DNA from: an uncultured Chloroflexia bacterium
GTDB lineage: Bacteria > Chloroflexota > Limnocylindria > Limnocylindrales > CSP1-4
Reading direction: 5' to 3'
DNA length: 64,000 nt
NCBI GenBank assembly: GCA_963763775.1
Contig: CAVXPZ010000004.1
Coordinates: forward strand, 32,001-96,000
The position numbers were made by a program, and so were the translations under genes. Shown in pieces: positions 8,468 through 18,713 of the stretch. The notes beneath the pieces were generated by a model. The model was not told the origin of the DNA and ran no database searches. It was given only the letters and a program-made list of their open reading frames with translations. Every line of letters begins with the position of its first letter. Position 1 is the first letter of the stretch.

Positions 8468-10125
8468 CGCTCGTGCTGTTCCTGGTGGTGACGGTCGGCG
8501 CAGCCGGCATCGCGCTCATCGGGCGCGGCCGGGCCGGCGTGGCCACGACCGCGGGGATCCTGGGCCTGATCGGCGCCATCGTCACGGCCATCGCCATCGA
8601 TCCCACGATCGTCATCGAGGTGGGCGGCTCGGTCCTCGCGACGTCGGCCTACGCGCGCCTGTTCCTGATCCTGGGCTCGACGGTCGGATTGGCCCTCGCG
8701 GTCGTCGGTCTCGCGGCGGGGTCTCGCCGCGACGCGCCCGCGGTGACGCTCGGGACGCTCGGCGCGATGGGTCTGGCGCTGTCCCTGCCCGACCCGCAGA
8801 TCGCCATCCTCGCGTCGACGGCCGGCGGGCTGCTCGGCGTCCTCCTGACCCTCGTGCCGGGCGGCGGTCGCGCCGGGGCGACCGTGGGCATCCGCGAGAT
8901 CCGCGCACTCATCGTGGCCGGCGCGATGGCGACGGCCGCCGCGGCATGGATCGGACGGGACCTCAGCCAGCTCGTCGCGCAGCCCGTGGTGTTCGGGCTC
9001 GCGTACTTCGCCTTCGGCCTCGCCGTCGCGGTTCGGTTCGGGGCCATCCCCTTCCACGTGTGGGCGGCGCGGCTGACCGACTCCGTGCCCGAGTCGGCGC
9101 TGCCGATCGTCACGGCGTGGGGCCCGGCGGCCTTCGCGATCGTCGCGCTCGCGTGGGTCGACGCCTCGGTCGCGCCACTCCTCGTCGACATGGATGCCGA
9201 GCGGGCGCTCATCCTGGCGATCGCGATCGCGACCATCACGCTCGCGGCGTTCGCGGCGCTCATCCAGGACGACGTCGAGCACATCGTCGGCTACTCGATC
9301 ATCGGCGATGCCGGCGTCGTGCTGCTGGCGATCGCCGCGCTCGACCCTGAGGCGTGGGCCCCCGCGCGCACGTGGATCCTCGCCTACGTCGTCGCCAGGA
9401 GCGCCTTCGCCGCCTGGGCTGCGGCGATGCGCGCGACCTTCTTCACGGGCCGCGTCGCCGATATGGGCGGGTGGGCGCTGCGGGCCCCACTCCTCGCCGT
9501 CGGGCTGGGGATCGTGGTGGTGGCCAGCATCGGCTGGCCGGGGCTGGCCGCCTTCGATGCCCGGACCCAGCTCGTGGACATCGCGCTCGACCCGCCGCTC
9601 CAGGGCCTGGTGTTCCTCGCGACCTTCCTGCCGCTGCTCTACTACGGCCGGCTCGCGGCGATCGGCGTCGTCCGGCCGGACCCGGCGATGGGTGGCGACC
9701 GCGGGTTCGTGGGCGTGCCACGACGCACGGCCGTCGACCGGTCGGCGATCCGGACCTCCGCGTCGGCGTTCTGGGCCGCGAACCGCGCGCCGTCGGCCGT
9801 GCTCGTCTCGCTGCTGGTCGCGGTCCTGGCCCTGACGGTCTCCGCCGGTGGGTTCGGTGGCCCGGCGGCCGCGGCCGGCCTGCCTCCGGGTCAGGAGGGT
9901 CCGAGCGAGCCATTCGAGCCGGGTCCGGTGCCGGGTGTGGACGAGTCCTTCCCGGTCGATGCGTCGTTCCCGGCCGACGAGTCCTTTCCGGCCGTGGACG
10001 AGTCGCTCCCCGTGATCGACGAGTCGCCCGCCCCGACCGAGTTCCCGACAGGGTCATCCGAGGCGCCCGCGTCCACAGCGGCACCCGAGACGCCGGTGAC
10101 GCCCGCGGCCTCCCCGAGCCCCTAG
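8464..10125 (+). CDS. Divergent NuoN/MrpD-like proton-conducting transporter subunit with an acidic Pro-rich tail
   Basis: VRFGAIPFHVW (cf. K-x-G-x-x-PFHxW), QDDVEHIVGYSIIGDAG (cf. QxDxKRxLAYSSI), SIGWPGLAAF; about 14 or more TM segments. Confidence 0.75.
   Translation: MTLVLFLVVTVGAAGIALIGRGRAGVATTAGILGLIGAIVTAIAIDPTIVIEVGGSVLATSAYARLFLILGSTVGLALAVVGLAAGSRRDAPAVTLGTLGAMGLALSLPDPQIAILASTAGGLLGVLLTLVPGGGRAGATVGIREIRALIVAGAMATAAAAWIGRDLSQLVAQPVVFGLAYFAFGLAVAVRFGAIPFHVWAARLTDSVPESALPIVTAWGPAAFAIVALAWVDASVAPLLVDMDAERALILAIAIATITLAAFAALIQDDVEHIVGYSIIGDAGVVLLAIAALDPEAWAPARTWILAYVVARSAFAAWAAAMRATFFTGRVADMGGWALRAPLLAVGLGIVVVASIGWPGLAAFDARTQLVDIALDPPLQGLVFLATFLPLLYYGRLAAIGVVRPDPAMGGDRGFVGVPRRTAVDRSAIRTSASAFWAANRAPSAVLVSLLVAVLALTVSAGGFGGPAAAAGLPPGQEGPSEPFEPGPVPGVDESFPVDASFPADESFPAVDESLPVIDESPAPTEFPTGSSEAPASTAAPETPVTPAASPSP
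9937..10032 (+). repeat. Imperfect in-frame tandem repeats coding (V/A)DESFP-like units
   Basis: Protein reads VDESFP VDASFP ADESFP AVDESLP VIDESP; the DNA repeats GACGAGTC(C/G). Confidence 0.75.
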
Positions 10126-10151
10126 GCTCGATCCGGCGCGACGGGGCGGGA

Positions 10152-10619
10152 TCAGTCCTCGGGCGCGAGCACCCAGCGGTCGACGTCGCGCTCGTACGCG
10201 AGCAGCTCCTCCGGCCGGAACCAGAGTCCCAGCTCCGTGGCCGACGCCTCCGGGCCATCGGAGGCGTGGACGATGTTCTGGGCCGTCTCGAGCGCGAAGT
10301 CCCCGCGGATCGTGCCCGGAGCGGCTTCGTGCGGGCGCGTCGCGCCGTTGATCGCGCGAACGACGGCGATCGCGTTGGGGCCCTCGAGTGCCGCGGCGAC
10401 GAGCGGCGCCGACGTGATGAAGTCCACGAGGCCGGCGAAGAACGGCTTCTCGCGATGGGCCGCGTAATGCGCCTCGGCGATGGCCCGATCGACGTGGACC
10501 AGCTTGAGGCCGATGAGCTTGAGGCCTCGCTCCTCATACCGCGCGAGGATGCGCCCGACGAGCTGGCGCTGGACGCCATCGGGCTTGACGAGGACGAGGG
10601 TCCGTTCAGTGGTCGACAT
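10152..10619 (-). CDS. ndk: Nucleoside-diphosphate kinase
   Basis: ERTLVLVKPDGVQR, PGTIRGDF, NIVHASD (phospho-His). Confidence 0.98.
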   Translation of the reverse strand: MSTTERTLVLVKPDGVQRQLVGRILARYEERGLKLIGLKLVHVDRAIAEAHYAAHREKPFFAGLVDFITSAPLVAAALEGPNAIAVVRAINGATRPHEAAPGTIRGDFALETAQNIVHASDGPEASATELGLWFRPEELLAYERDVDRWVLAPED

Positions 10620-10706
10620 GGCTTCCTTGGGTGGGGAGGCTGGTTGGATGCGACGCATCGTATCGGATGCTTGCGTGGGGGCGGGCGCCGGCGATGGCGC
10701 CGGAGG

Positions 10707-11810
10707 TCATGGTTCGCCGGCGAACGGGTCGGAGTCGTCGTCCGGCTCGTCGAGCGGCGGGGCGATGGGTTCGTCGAACCTCGCGTCGTCGACCGGCTGG
10801 ATCGCGACCGTGGTCCCGGCCGCCGTCATCGCCGAGGCGTAGGCGCGGCGGGCGTCCGTCTCGCGTCCGACGGCGCGATAGGCATCGCCCCGGACCATCT
10901 GCAACCCGGCGTCCGGGATGTCGCCGATGACGTCGAGGATGGCCGGCGCGATCGCGGGCGCGACCCGTACGGCGAGACCGAGGTGGAGCGCCGCACTGGC
11001 ATAGTCGCCGACGGCGAGGGCCGCCTCGCCGGCGTCCAGGATCGCCGCAGGGTCGAGGCCGGTGGGCGGACTCGGGTCCACCGGCGTGGCCGCGAGGCCG
11101 GTCGTGACGACCTCGGTCGGCGTCGGGTCCTCCGCCGGGATGTCCCAGAACCCCGGCTCCGCGTCCGGCGTGGCGAACGCCGCGCCGGCCGCCGCACCGA
11201 CGCCGTGTGCCGCCGACGACCGCCCATCGGCCGCTGGACCGGTCGTCTCGCTGGCCCGGGCGTCGTCGGCCGCATCCGCCGCGGCGACCGCGGCCGCGGT
11301 CGTGGTCGCGGCGGCGATCTCGGCCGCGGTCGTGGTCGAGACCCGGTCCGGCGGGAACAACGTCGTCGGCGACGGCACGGGCTCCGCGGGGTCCGCCGGC
11401 CAGACGCCCGAACGGGGCATGCCCGCGAAGATCGGGTCGATCGGTCCGTCGAGGGCTGCCTGGGCCTGCCCGGCGAGACGTCTCGCCTCGCTCGGCCGGC
11501 CGAGCGCGGAGGCCGCCTCGGCGGCCACCACGAGCGCGATGACCGAGGCGTCCCCGCCGGCCAGCGCCTCGCGCGCCGCGTCCCCGGCGCTGATGAGGTC
11601 GCCGGTCCGCCAGCGGACCTCGGCGAGGTCGATGCGGCCCGTGCGGTCGAGGCCGCCGCGCGCGCCGATGGTCTCGAGCTCGGCGCGGGCGAGCGCGAGA
11701 GAGCCGAGACGGAGGTGGAGCCCGGCGAGCACGAGGTCGGCGTCCCGCGTCTCCGTCGGCGGCGCGTCGGACCCGGGCGCCACGACGGGCGCGACCTCGG
11801 GCGTGGTCAT
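10707..11810 (-). CDS. Hypothetical TPR-like helical protein with an Ala/Thr/Pro-rich linker
   Basis: 367-aa ORF directly after the M16 peptidase; helical repeats such as LAEVRWRTGDLISAGDAAREAL and RGDAYRAVGRETDARRAY. Confidence 0.65.
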   Translation of the reverse strand: MTTPEVAPVVAPGSDAPPTETRDADLVLAGLHLRLGSLALARAELETIGARGGLDRTGRIDLAEVRWRTGDLISAGDAAREALAGGDASVIALVVAAEAASALGRPSEARRLAGQAQAALDGPIDPIFAGMPRSGVWPADPAEPVPSPTTLFPPDRVSTTTAAEIAAATTTAAAVAAADAADDARASETTGPAADGRSSAAHGVGAAAGAAFATPDAEPGFWDIPAEDPTPTEVVTTGLAATPVDPSPPTGLDPAAILDAGEAALAVGDYASAALHLGLAVRVAPAIAPAILDVIGDIPDAGLQMVRGDAYRAVGRETDARRAYASAMTAAGTTVAIQPVDDARFDEPIAPPLDEPDDDSDPFAGEP

Positions 11811-11814
11811 CGGG

Positions 11815-13083
11815 TCACGCCGGGATCCGGAGACGCGGCTCGAGGCCGCGAAGGTACCGGGCGGGCGCCACGGCCGCCAGCCGCAGGCCGTCGTCGTGGA
11901 ACAGCCGGGCGGCGAGCTTCTGGACCGCCTCGGCGTCGACCGCCTCCACGGCCTCGAGCGCCTCCTCGAGGGTCAACACGCGATCGTGGAGGGCCTCCTG
12001 GCCACCCACCCATGAGGCGACGTGGCGCGTGTCGTCCATCCGCAGCTCGAGGCCGCCGGCGAGGTAGCGCTTCGCCTTCTCGAGCTCCTCGGCGGGCACG
12101 AGCTCGTCGCGCAGGCGGGCCAGCTCGGCCAGGATCGCCTCGAGGGCCTCATGCAGGCCCGCCGGGTCGACACCCGCGGAGATCTCGAGCGCCCCCGCAT
12201 CCGCGTAGTCGACGAGTCCCGATGAGACGTCGTAGGCGAGGCCGCGCTCCTCGCGCACGGACAGGAAGAGTCGGCTGCTCATGCCATCGCCGAGCACCGC
12301 ATTGAGCACCGACAGCGTCCAGCTGTCCGGATGATCGCGGTGCAGCGCGGGGACGCCGATCGAGAGCTGCGCCTGGGACGTCTGGCGCTTGCCGACCGCG
12401 ACGCGGGGACCCGCAGGGAGCACCGGCGCCGGCGCGAACCCGGGCACGATCCCGTTGCCGGTCCCGAACGCCGTCGCGACCAGGTCGACCGCCTCCGTGT
12501 GGTCGATGTCGCCGGCCACCGCGACGACGATGTTCGCCGGGCGATAGGCCGTCCGCCAGAAGGCCCGGATCGTCTCCGCCGGGAGCGCCCGGATCCCGGC
12601 CTCGTCGCCGCAGATCTCGCGGCCGAGCGGACCGTCGCCGAACATCGCCCCCTGGAACAGGATCTGGCAGTACTCGGCGGGGTCGTCCAGGTAGGAGCGG
12701 ATCTCCTCGACGATGACGGCCCGTTCGCCGTCGATCTCGTGGTCCGCGAGGGTCGGGCGGACGATCAGCTCGCCGAGCACGTCGACGGCGCGCGAGGACT
12801 CGCGCCGGGGCACGCGGACCCAGTACACCGTGGATTCGCGGTCGGTGGCCGCGTTGAACGAGCCCCCGACGCCTTCGATCGCCTCGCTGATGGAGCGGGT
12901 CGACGGATAGGCCGCGGTCCCCTTGAAGGTGATGTGCTCCATGAAGTGCGCGACGCCCGCCTGCGCCTCGGTCTCGAGGCGCGATCCGGCCAGGACATAC
13001 GCTGCGATGGAGATCGATCGCGCCGCAGGCACCCGGGCGCTGATGACGCGCGGCCCCGAGGCCAGCACGGTCCGTTCGAACAT
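11815..13083 (-). CDS. M16 family (pitrilysin/insulinase) zinc peptidase
   Basis: AHFMEH (HxxEH), FNAATDRE, LGDGMSSRLF, VREERGLAY. Confidence 0.95.
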   Translation of the reverse strand: MFERTVLASGPRVISARVPAARSISIAAYVLAGSRLETEAQAGVAHFMEHITFKGTAAYPSTRSISEAIEGVGGSFNAATDRESTVYWVRVPRRESSRAVDVLGELIVRPTLADHEIDGERAVIVEEIRSYLDDPAEYCQILFQGAMFGDGPLGREICGDEAGIRALPAETIRAFWRTAYRPANIVVAVAGDIDHTEAVDLVATAFGTGNGIVPGFAPAPVLPAGPRVAVGKRQTSQAQLSIGVPALHRDHPDSWTLSVLNAVLGDGMSSRLFLSVREERGLAYDVSSGLVDYADAGALEISAGVDPAGLHEALEAILAELARLRDELVPAEELEKAKRYLAGGLELRMDDTRHVASWVGGQEALHDRVLTLEEALEAVEAVDAEAVQKLAARLFHDDGLRLAAVAPARYLRGLEPRLRIPA

Positions 13084-13239
13084 CGCCCCGATGGTACAGG
13101 AACCCGACCGCGACCCAGCCGCAACGCGCCGTGGCGCTTCGGGCGGGAGGGCCGACCGCTATCCTGACGCGGTGCCCGTCGACGCCCACCGCCCGAGCCG
13201 GTGCGGCGCGATCCCGGAGGTGAGGAGGAGACATCGGTG

Positions 13240-14514
13240 ATGCGGCGACGCCTCTCGTGGTCCGCGGTCCTGCTGACCGCGATCGTGCTGGTGGGGGCCT
13301 GTAATTCGGCCGGGGGGAGCAGCGCCCCATCGGGCGCGGCGGCATCCGGCGGCGCGTCGGCGGCGTGCGCCGGCACCGGCACCCAGGGGGGCTCCGCGGA
13401 CCTCCAGATCCCGGACATCGAGCAGGGCAAGCTCAACGTCGCGATGGTCCTCATCGGACCGCATGACGACGGCGGCTGGAGCCAGGCCCACTACGAGGGG
13501 CTCCAGTACCTGTGCGAGCACGTGCCGGACAGCCACGTGGCGTACGTCGAGCTCGTGCCCGAAGGCGCGACGTCCGAGCAGGTCTTCCGCAGCCTTGCGC
13601 GCAAGGGCTTCGACTTCATCATCGGGACCTCGTTCGGCTACATGGACTACATGGCGACCGTCGCCGAGGAGTTCCCGAACCAGACGTTCCTCCACCTGAC
13701 CGGCTACAAGTCCAACGGCAAGAACTTCGGCAACTTCTTCGGGTCGGTCGAGGACATGAAGTACCTCGCCGGCATGCTCGCGGGCTCGCGCGCCAAGGCC
13801 GACGGGAACCCGAAGCTCGGCTACATGGCCACGTTCCCGATCCCCGAGGAACTCCGCCTCGGCAACGCGATCATGCGCGGCGCCAAGGTGACGTGCCCCG
13901 AGTGCACGATGGACGTGCGCTTCATCAACACGTGGCACGACCCGATCAAGGAACGCGACGCCGCCGCCTCGCTCTTCGATGCCGGCGCCCAGGTCGTCTT
14001 CACCGGGGCCGACACGCCCGCGGTCGCCGATGTCGCCAAGGAGAAGGGCAAGTGGGCGGTCACCTACGACCATCCCGGCTCGTGCAAGAACGACGCGTGC
14101 CTGACCGCGCCGTACTGGATCTGGGGACCCGAGTACACGCGGATCGCCGAGCAGGTGAAGGCGAAGTCGTACAAGGCCGGCTACGAATACTTCGACGCGG
14201 ACTCGAAGGCGATGGGCCTCTATGGCTTCATGGATGGCCAGAGCCCGCAGCCCGGCGTCGCGAGCCTGCCGGCCGCAGACGTCCAGAAGGTCAAGGACAC
14301 CCTGGCCAAGATGCTGGCCGGGACGTTCACCCGCTTCGACGTCTTCGCCGGGCCGATCAAGGACAACACCGGCAAGGAGCTCCTGCCGGCAGGCTCCAAG
14401 CTCGAGCAGTCGGACCTCGACCAGTTCCCGCCCGGGGCGCCCGGCTCGGAATGCAAGACGTGCATGTACTGGTGGAACGACGGCATCACGAGCGAGCTGC
14501 CGCCGCTGTCGTAG
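13240..14514 (+). CDS. BMP family ABC transporter substrate-binding lipoprotein (purine/nucleoside type)
   Basis: Lipobox LVGAC, DGGWSQAHYEG, IIGTSFGY, NTWHDP; GAGGAG SD. Confidence 0.92.
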   Translation: MRRRLSWSAVLLTAIVLVGACNSAGGSSAPSGAAASGGASAACAGTGTQGGSADLQIPDIEQGKLNVAMVLIGPHDDGGWSQAHYEGLQYLCEHVPDSHVAYVELVPEGATSEQVFRSLARKGFDFIIGTSFGYMDYMATVAEEFPNQTFLHLTGYKSNGKNFGNFFGSVEDMKYLAGMLAGSRAKADGNPKLGYMATFPIPEELRLGNAIMRGAKVTCPECTMDVRFINTWHDPIKERDAAASLFDAGAQVVFTGADTPAVADVAKEKGKWAVTYDHPGSCKNDACLTAPYWIWGPEYTRIAEQVKAKSYKAGYEYFDADSKAMGLYGFMDGQSPQPGVASLPAADVQKVKDTLAKMLAGTFTRFDVFAGPIKDNTGKELLPAGSKLEQSDLDQFPPGAPGSECKTCMYWWNDGITSELPPLS

Positions 14515-14590
14515 ACCGCGTGCCAGGCGGCGAGCTCCGGCTCGCCGCCTGGCCGCTCCCACGGTCCGGGGTCGTGCGAAGGGACCCGAT

Positions 14591-16110
14591 ATGACCGCCT
14601 CCCCCACCCCGGCTGCCATCGAGGCGGTCGGGATCGTCAAGTCGTTCCCCGGCGTGCTCGCCAACGACCACGTCGACTTCGACGTCCGCCGCGGCGAGGT
14701 CCACGCGCTCCTCGGCGAGAACGGCGCGGGCAAGAGCACGCTGATGAACATCCTCGCCGGCCTCTACCGGCCGGACGAGGGCCAGCTCCGCCTCGACGGC
14801 GAGGCCGTCACGTTCCGCTCGCCGCGCGACGCCATCGCCCACGGCGTCGGGATGGTCCACCAGCACTTCGCGCTCGTGCCGTCGCAGACGGTCGCCGAGA
14901 ACGTGCTCCTCGGCCTCGACACCCCGCGCTTCCGGCTCGACCTGCGCAAGACGGAGGCGGCCGTCGAGGCGATCGCGGCCGAGGTCGGCCTGCATGTCGA
15001 CCCGCGCGCCCATGTGTGGCAGCTCTCCGTCGGGGAACAGCAGCGGGTCGAGATCCTCAAGATGCTGTATCGCGGCGCCCGGATCCTGATCATGGACGAG
15101 CCCACGGCCGTGCTCGCGCCGCAGGAGGCGGAGGAGCTCTTCGTCACCCTCCGGGCGATGACCGCAGCGGGACGGAGCGTCGTCTTCATCAGCCACAAGC
15201 TCGGCGAGGTCCTGGCGATCTCCGATCGGATCACGGTCATGCGAGCGGGCAAGGTGACCGCCTCGAGCGTCGACCCGACGGGCGCCACTCGCGCCGACCT
15301 CGCGCGGCTCATGGTCGGTCGATCGGTGCTCGAGGTGCTCGACCGAGCGCCAGTGGACCGCGGCCGGGTCGTGCTGTCGGTGCGCGGGGTGTCTGCGGAG
15401 AACGACCGTGGGCTTCCGGCCCTGCGCGACGTCTCGCTCGACGTGCATGCCGGGGAGATCGTCGGCATCGCGGCGGTCGCGGGCAACGGCCAGGCCGAGC
15501 TGGCCGAGGCGATCACCGGCCTGCGGGCGTGCACGGGTCGCATCGAGATCGACGGGAAGGACGTCGCGAACCGACCTGCGCGCGAGGCGATCGGCGCAGG
15601 CGTCGGCCACGTGCCCGAGGACCGGGCCGGGGTCGGAAGCGCCCCGAGCCTGTCCATCGTCGACAACCTGATCATGAAGCGCTACAAGGACGAGCCGGTC
15701 TCGAGCGGCTGGTTCATGGACGACACCGCGGCCCGCTCGATGGCCACGCGGCTGACGGCCGCGTATGCCGTGTCGGCGCCGTCGATCGACACGCCGGTGC
15801 GGATCCTGTCCGGGGGGAATCTCCAGCGCGTGATCCTCGCCAGGGAGATCGATGCGGCCCCAGCCCTCCTGGTCGCGGTCCAGCCCACCCGCGGTCTCGA
15901 TGTCGGCGCGATCGAGGGCATCCACCAGACCTTGCTCGAGCTCCGCGCCGGCGGGACGGCGATCCTCCTGATCTCCGAGGAGCTCGAGGAGCTGCTGACC
16001 CTCGCGGACCGGATCGCCGTGATGTACGAAGGCCGGATCACCGCGTCGTCGAGCCGTCCACGGCCGACATCCATGAGATCGGCCTGTTCATGACGGGCGG
16101 CGTCGCGTGA
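14591..16110 (+). CDS. CUT2/nucleoside ABC transporter ATP-binding protein with two ABC domains (frameshift near 16043)
   Basis: GENGAGKST, LSVGEQQRVEI, MDEPT, LSGGNLQR, QPTRGLD. The natural C-terminus VVEPSTADIHEIGLFMTGGVA lies in another frame ending at 16110. Confidence 0.93.
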
Positions 16111-17204
16111 TGCTCCGCCTGGAGCCACGCGCCGAGATCCCGCGCTGGATGACGCCCGTCCTGACCATCCTCGCGGTCGTGGTCGCCCTGGCCATCGGCG
16201 CCGTGATCCTGTGGTTCGTCGGCGGGGACCCGGTCCGAGCCTACCTGCACATCCTGGATGCCGCGTTCGGGAGCGTCGGGGTCATCAGCGACACGCTGGT
16301 CGCCGCCACGCCCCTGATCTTCACCGGGTTGGCCTGCTCGATCGCGTTCCGGATGCGTCTCTGGAACATCGGGGCCGAGGGACAATTCCTCCTCGGGGCG
16401 TGGGGCGCCAGCGCGGTCCTGCTGGTCCCGATCCTGCCGGCGGGCACGCCGGCGATCGTGGTGGTCCCGGTGATGATGGTCGCGGGTGCCACGGCCGGAG
16501 CCTTGTGGGGTCTGATCCCGGGCGTGCTCAAGGCCAAGCTCGCGGTCAACGAGATCATCACGACCCTGATGCTCGACTACATCGCCCTCGCGTGGGTCCA
16601 GTTCTGGGTCTTCGGGCCGTGGAGCGAGGGCGGATTCCAGCAGACCGCCCAGTTCCCACGCGAAGCGTGGTTGCCTCGTCTCACCGACTTCGCCAAGGAC
16701 ATCCCCGGCCTTGGCGGCCTCACGGTCCACCTTGGCTTCATCTTCGCGCTCGTCGCGACGGCGGTCGTGTGGCTCGTCGTCTCGCGGACGCGCTGGGGAT
16801 ACGAGCTTCGTCTCATCGGCGACAACCCGCGAGCAGCTCGCTACGCGGGCATCGACATCGGTCGCAAGGTCATCGTGGTCTTCGCCATCTCTGGAGCGCT
16901 CGCGGGCCTGGGCGGGATGAGCGAGGTCGGCGGCGTGCTCCATCGGCTCCAGGACCAGATCTCGCCGGGATACGGGTTCACCGCGATCATCATCGCGTAC
17001 CTCGCCCGCTTCGGGCCTTGGCGGGTCGTCGTCGCCTCGATCCTGTTCGGCGCGCTGATCCTGGCGGGCCGGGAGATCCAGCCGAGCGGCGTCCCGGCGA
17101 TGATCCAGGGGATCATCCTGTTCTGCCTGATCGGCAGCGACGTCCTCGTCCGCTACCGGATCAGGATCGGTGGAACGACGCCCACGACGACGGCGACGGC
17201 CTGA
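16107..17204 (+). CDS. Nucleoside/sugar ABC transporter permease
   Basis: WNIGAEGQ, VNEIITTLML, GDNPRAARYAGI, GYGFTAIIIA. Confidence 0.93.
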   Translation: MMLRLEPRAEIPRWMTPVLTILAVVVALAIGAVILWFVGGDPVRAYLHILDAAFGSVGVISDTLVAATPLIFTGLACSIAFRMRLWNIGAEGQFLLGAWGASAVLLVPILPAGTPAIVVVPVMMVAGATAGALWGLIPGVLKAKLAVNEIITTLMLDYIALAWVQFWVFGPWSEGGFQQTAQFPREAWLPRLTDFAKDIPGLGGLTVHLGFIFALVATAVVWLVVSRTRWGYELRLIGDNPRAARYAGIDIGRKVIVVFAISGALAGLGGMSEVGGVLHRLQDQISPGYGFTAIIIAYLARFGPWRVVVASILFGALILAGREIQPSGVPAMIQGIILFCLIGSDVLVRYRIRIGGTTPTTTATA

Positions 17205-18172
17205 TGGACCTGACCCTCGTCCTCGCCGCCGGGGTGGCCAATGGGACCATCCTCCTGTTCGCCTCGATCGGCGAGATCTTCGCCGAGCGCTCCGGCATCC
17301 TCAACCTGGGCGTCACCGGGATGATGCTCATGGGGGCCGTCGCGGGCTTCTCGACCACGGTCGCGACCGGCAACCCGTGGATCGGCCTCGTTGTCGCGAT
17401 GCTCGCCGGCGGGGTCCTCAGCCTGCTTCATGGCGTGGTGACGATCCACCTGCGCGCCGATCAGGTCGTGTCCGGCCTCGCGCTGACATTCCTGGGCACG
17501 GGCCTGGCGCGCGTCCTTGGCGATGGCCTCTCGAATGCCGGGGAGATCGTGGCGCTCCCGAGTTTCAGCGTTCCGGTCCTGTCACAGGTCCCGGTGATCG
17601 GACCGATCTTCTTCCGGGACCAGAGCGTACTGACGTACGTCGGGTTCCTGCTCGTGCCGCTGGCTTGGTACTGGATCAACCGCACGCGGCCGGGACTGCA
17701 CCTGCGAGCCGTCGGCGAGCGCCCGTCGGCGGCCGATGCCCAGGGGATCGACGTCTATCGAACGCGATACCTGTACGTCTTCGTCGGCGGACTGCTCGCG
17801 GGCCTGGCAGGCGGCACGATCACGCTCGCGGTGGCCAAGGGCTGGTTCGGCGATCAGACCGTGGGCGCCCTTGGATGGATCGCCGTGGGCCTCGTGATCT
17901 TCGCCCAGTGGAGCCCGCTGCGGGCCGCGTTGGGGGCCTATCTGTTCGGGGCGATCTTCCGGTTCATCCTCGACCTCCAGGGCGTCGAGACGATCTTCGG
18001 GTTCACGAACCCGTTCCAGGCCGGTCGATCGGCGACGTTCTTCCTCGAGATGCTGCCGTACGCGTTCGTGATCATCGTCGTGATCATCGGGTCGCGCGAG
18101 GCGCTGCGCCGGCGCGTGGGCGCTCCAGCGGCGCTCGGGATCCCCTACGTGCGCGGAGAACGCGGCGGCTGA
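17204..18172 (+). CDS. Nucleoside/sugar ABC transporter permease
   Basis: ERSGILNLG, LRAVGERPSAADAQG, GWIAVGLVIF, PAALGIPY; TGATG coupling with the previous gene. Confidence 0.93.
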   Translation: MDLTLVLAAGVANGTILLFASIGEIFAERSGILNLGVTGMMLMGAVAGFSTTVATGNPWIGLVVAMLAGGVLSLLHGVVTIHLRADQVVSGLALTFLGTGLARVLGDGLSNAGEIVALPSFSVPVLSQVPVIGPIFFRDQSVLTYVGFLLVPLAWYWINRTRPGLHLRAVGERPSAADAQGIDVYRTRYLYVFVGGLLAGLAGGTITLAVAKGWFGDQTVGALGWIAVGLVIFAQWSPLRAALGAYLFGAIFRFILDLQGVETIFGFTNPFQAGRSATFFLEMLPYAFVIIVVIIGSREALRRRVGAPAALGIPYVRGERGG

Positions 18173-18193
18173 GCGGTCGGTCGGCCGGCTCGC

Positions 18194-18628
18194 CTACTCC
18201 TCGTCCTTCGCCTCGAGCCCGGTCAGCTCCATCTGCACGTAGTCGCGCATCTCGAACGCCAGCTGGGTCGGCGCGAACGGCGACAGGTCCTCGGCGCCCG
18301 GCCCGACCGGGGCGAACTCCACGACGACCCGCTCATCGCCCTGGACGAGGGTGTACACGAGCAACTGGTCCGGCCGCGTCTCGAACTCGAGGTGCTCGAA
18401 CGAATCGATGTTCAGGCTGATCGCGAGCGGGGTGAAGTAGGTCGAGCTCTCCTCGGCGTCGACGACGATCCGTTCGACCCAGCCGGTCCCGTGGCTGACG
18501 ACCTCGCGGCCGCGCAGGTAGCGGTACGTGACGGTCTGCTTGAGCAGCGGTCGGAGCAGGTGGAGCATGTCCGTCCGGCTCGACACGACGCCGTCGTTCA
18601 CGAAGAACTTGGCGGGCGGGTTCGTCAC
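18194..18628 (-). CDS. Hypothetical protein (144 aa)
   Basis: GTG start after a GGGAG SD; composition and codon pattern look protein-like (NPPAKFFVNDGVV...); no family recognised. Confidence 0.7.
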   Translation of the reverse strand: MTNPPAKFFVNDGVVSSRTDMLHLLRPLLKQTVTYRYLRGREVVSHGTGWVERIVVDAEESSTYFTPLAISLNIDSFEHLEFETRPDQLLVYTLVQGDERVVVEFAPVGPGAEDLSPFAPTQLAFEMRDYVQMELTGLEAKDEE

Positions 18629-18713
18629 GGGTCGTCTCCCGGGCACAGCGGATGGACGAGTCGAGCGGATGGTACCGCAGGGAGCCAGCCCTGCGACGCG
18701 TATCATCGCGGGC

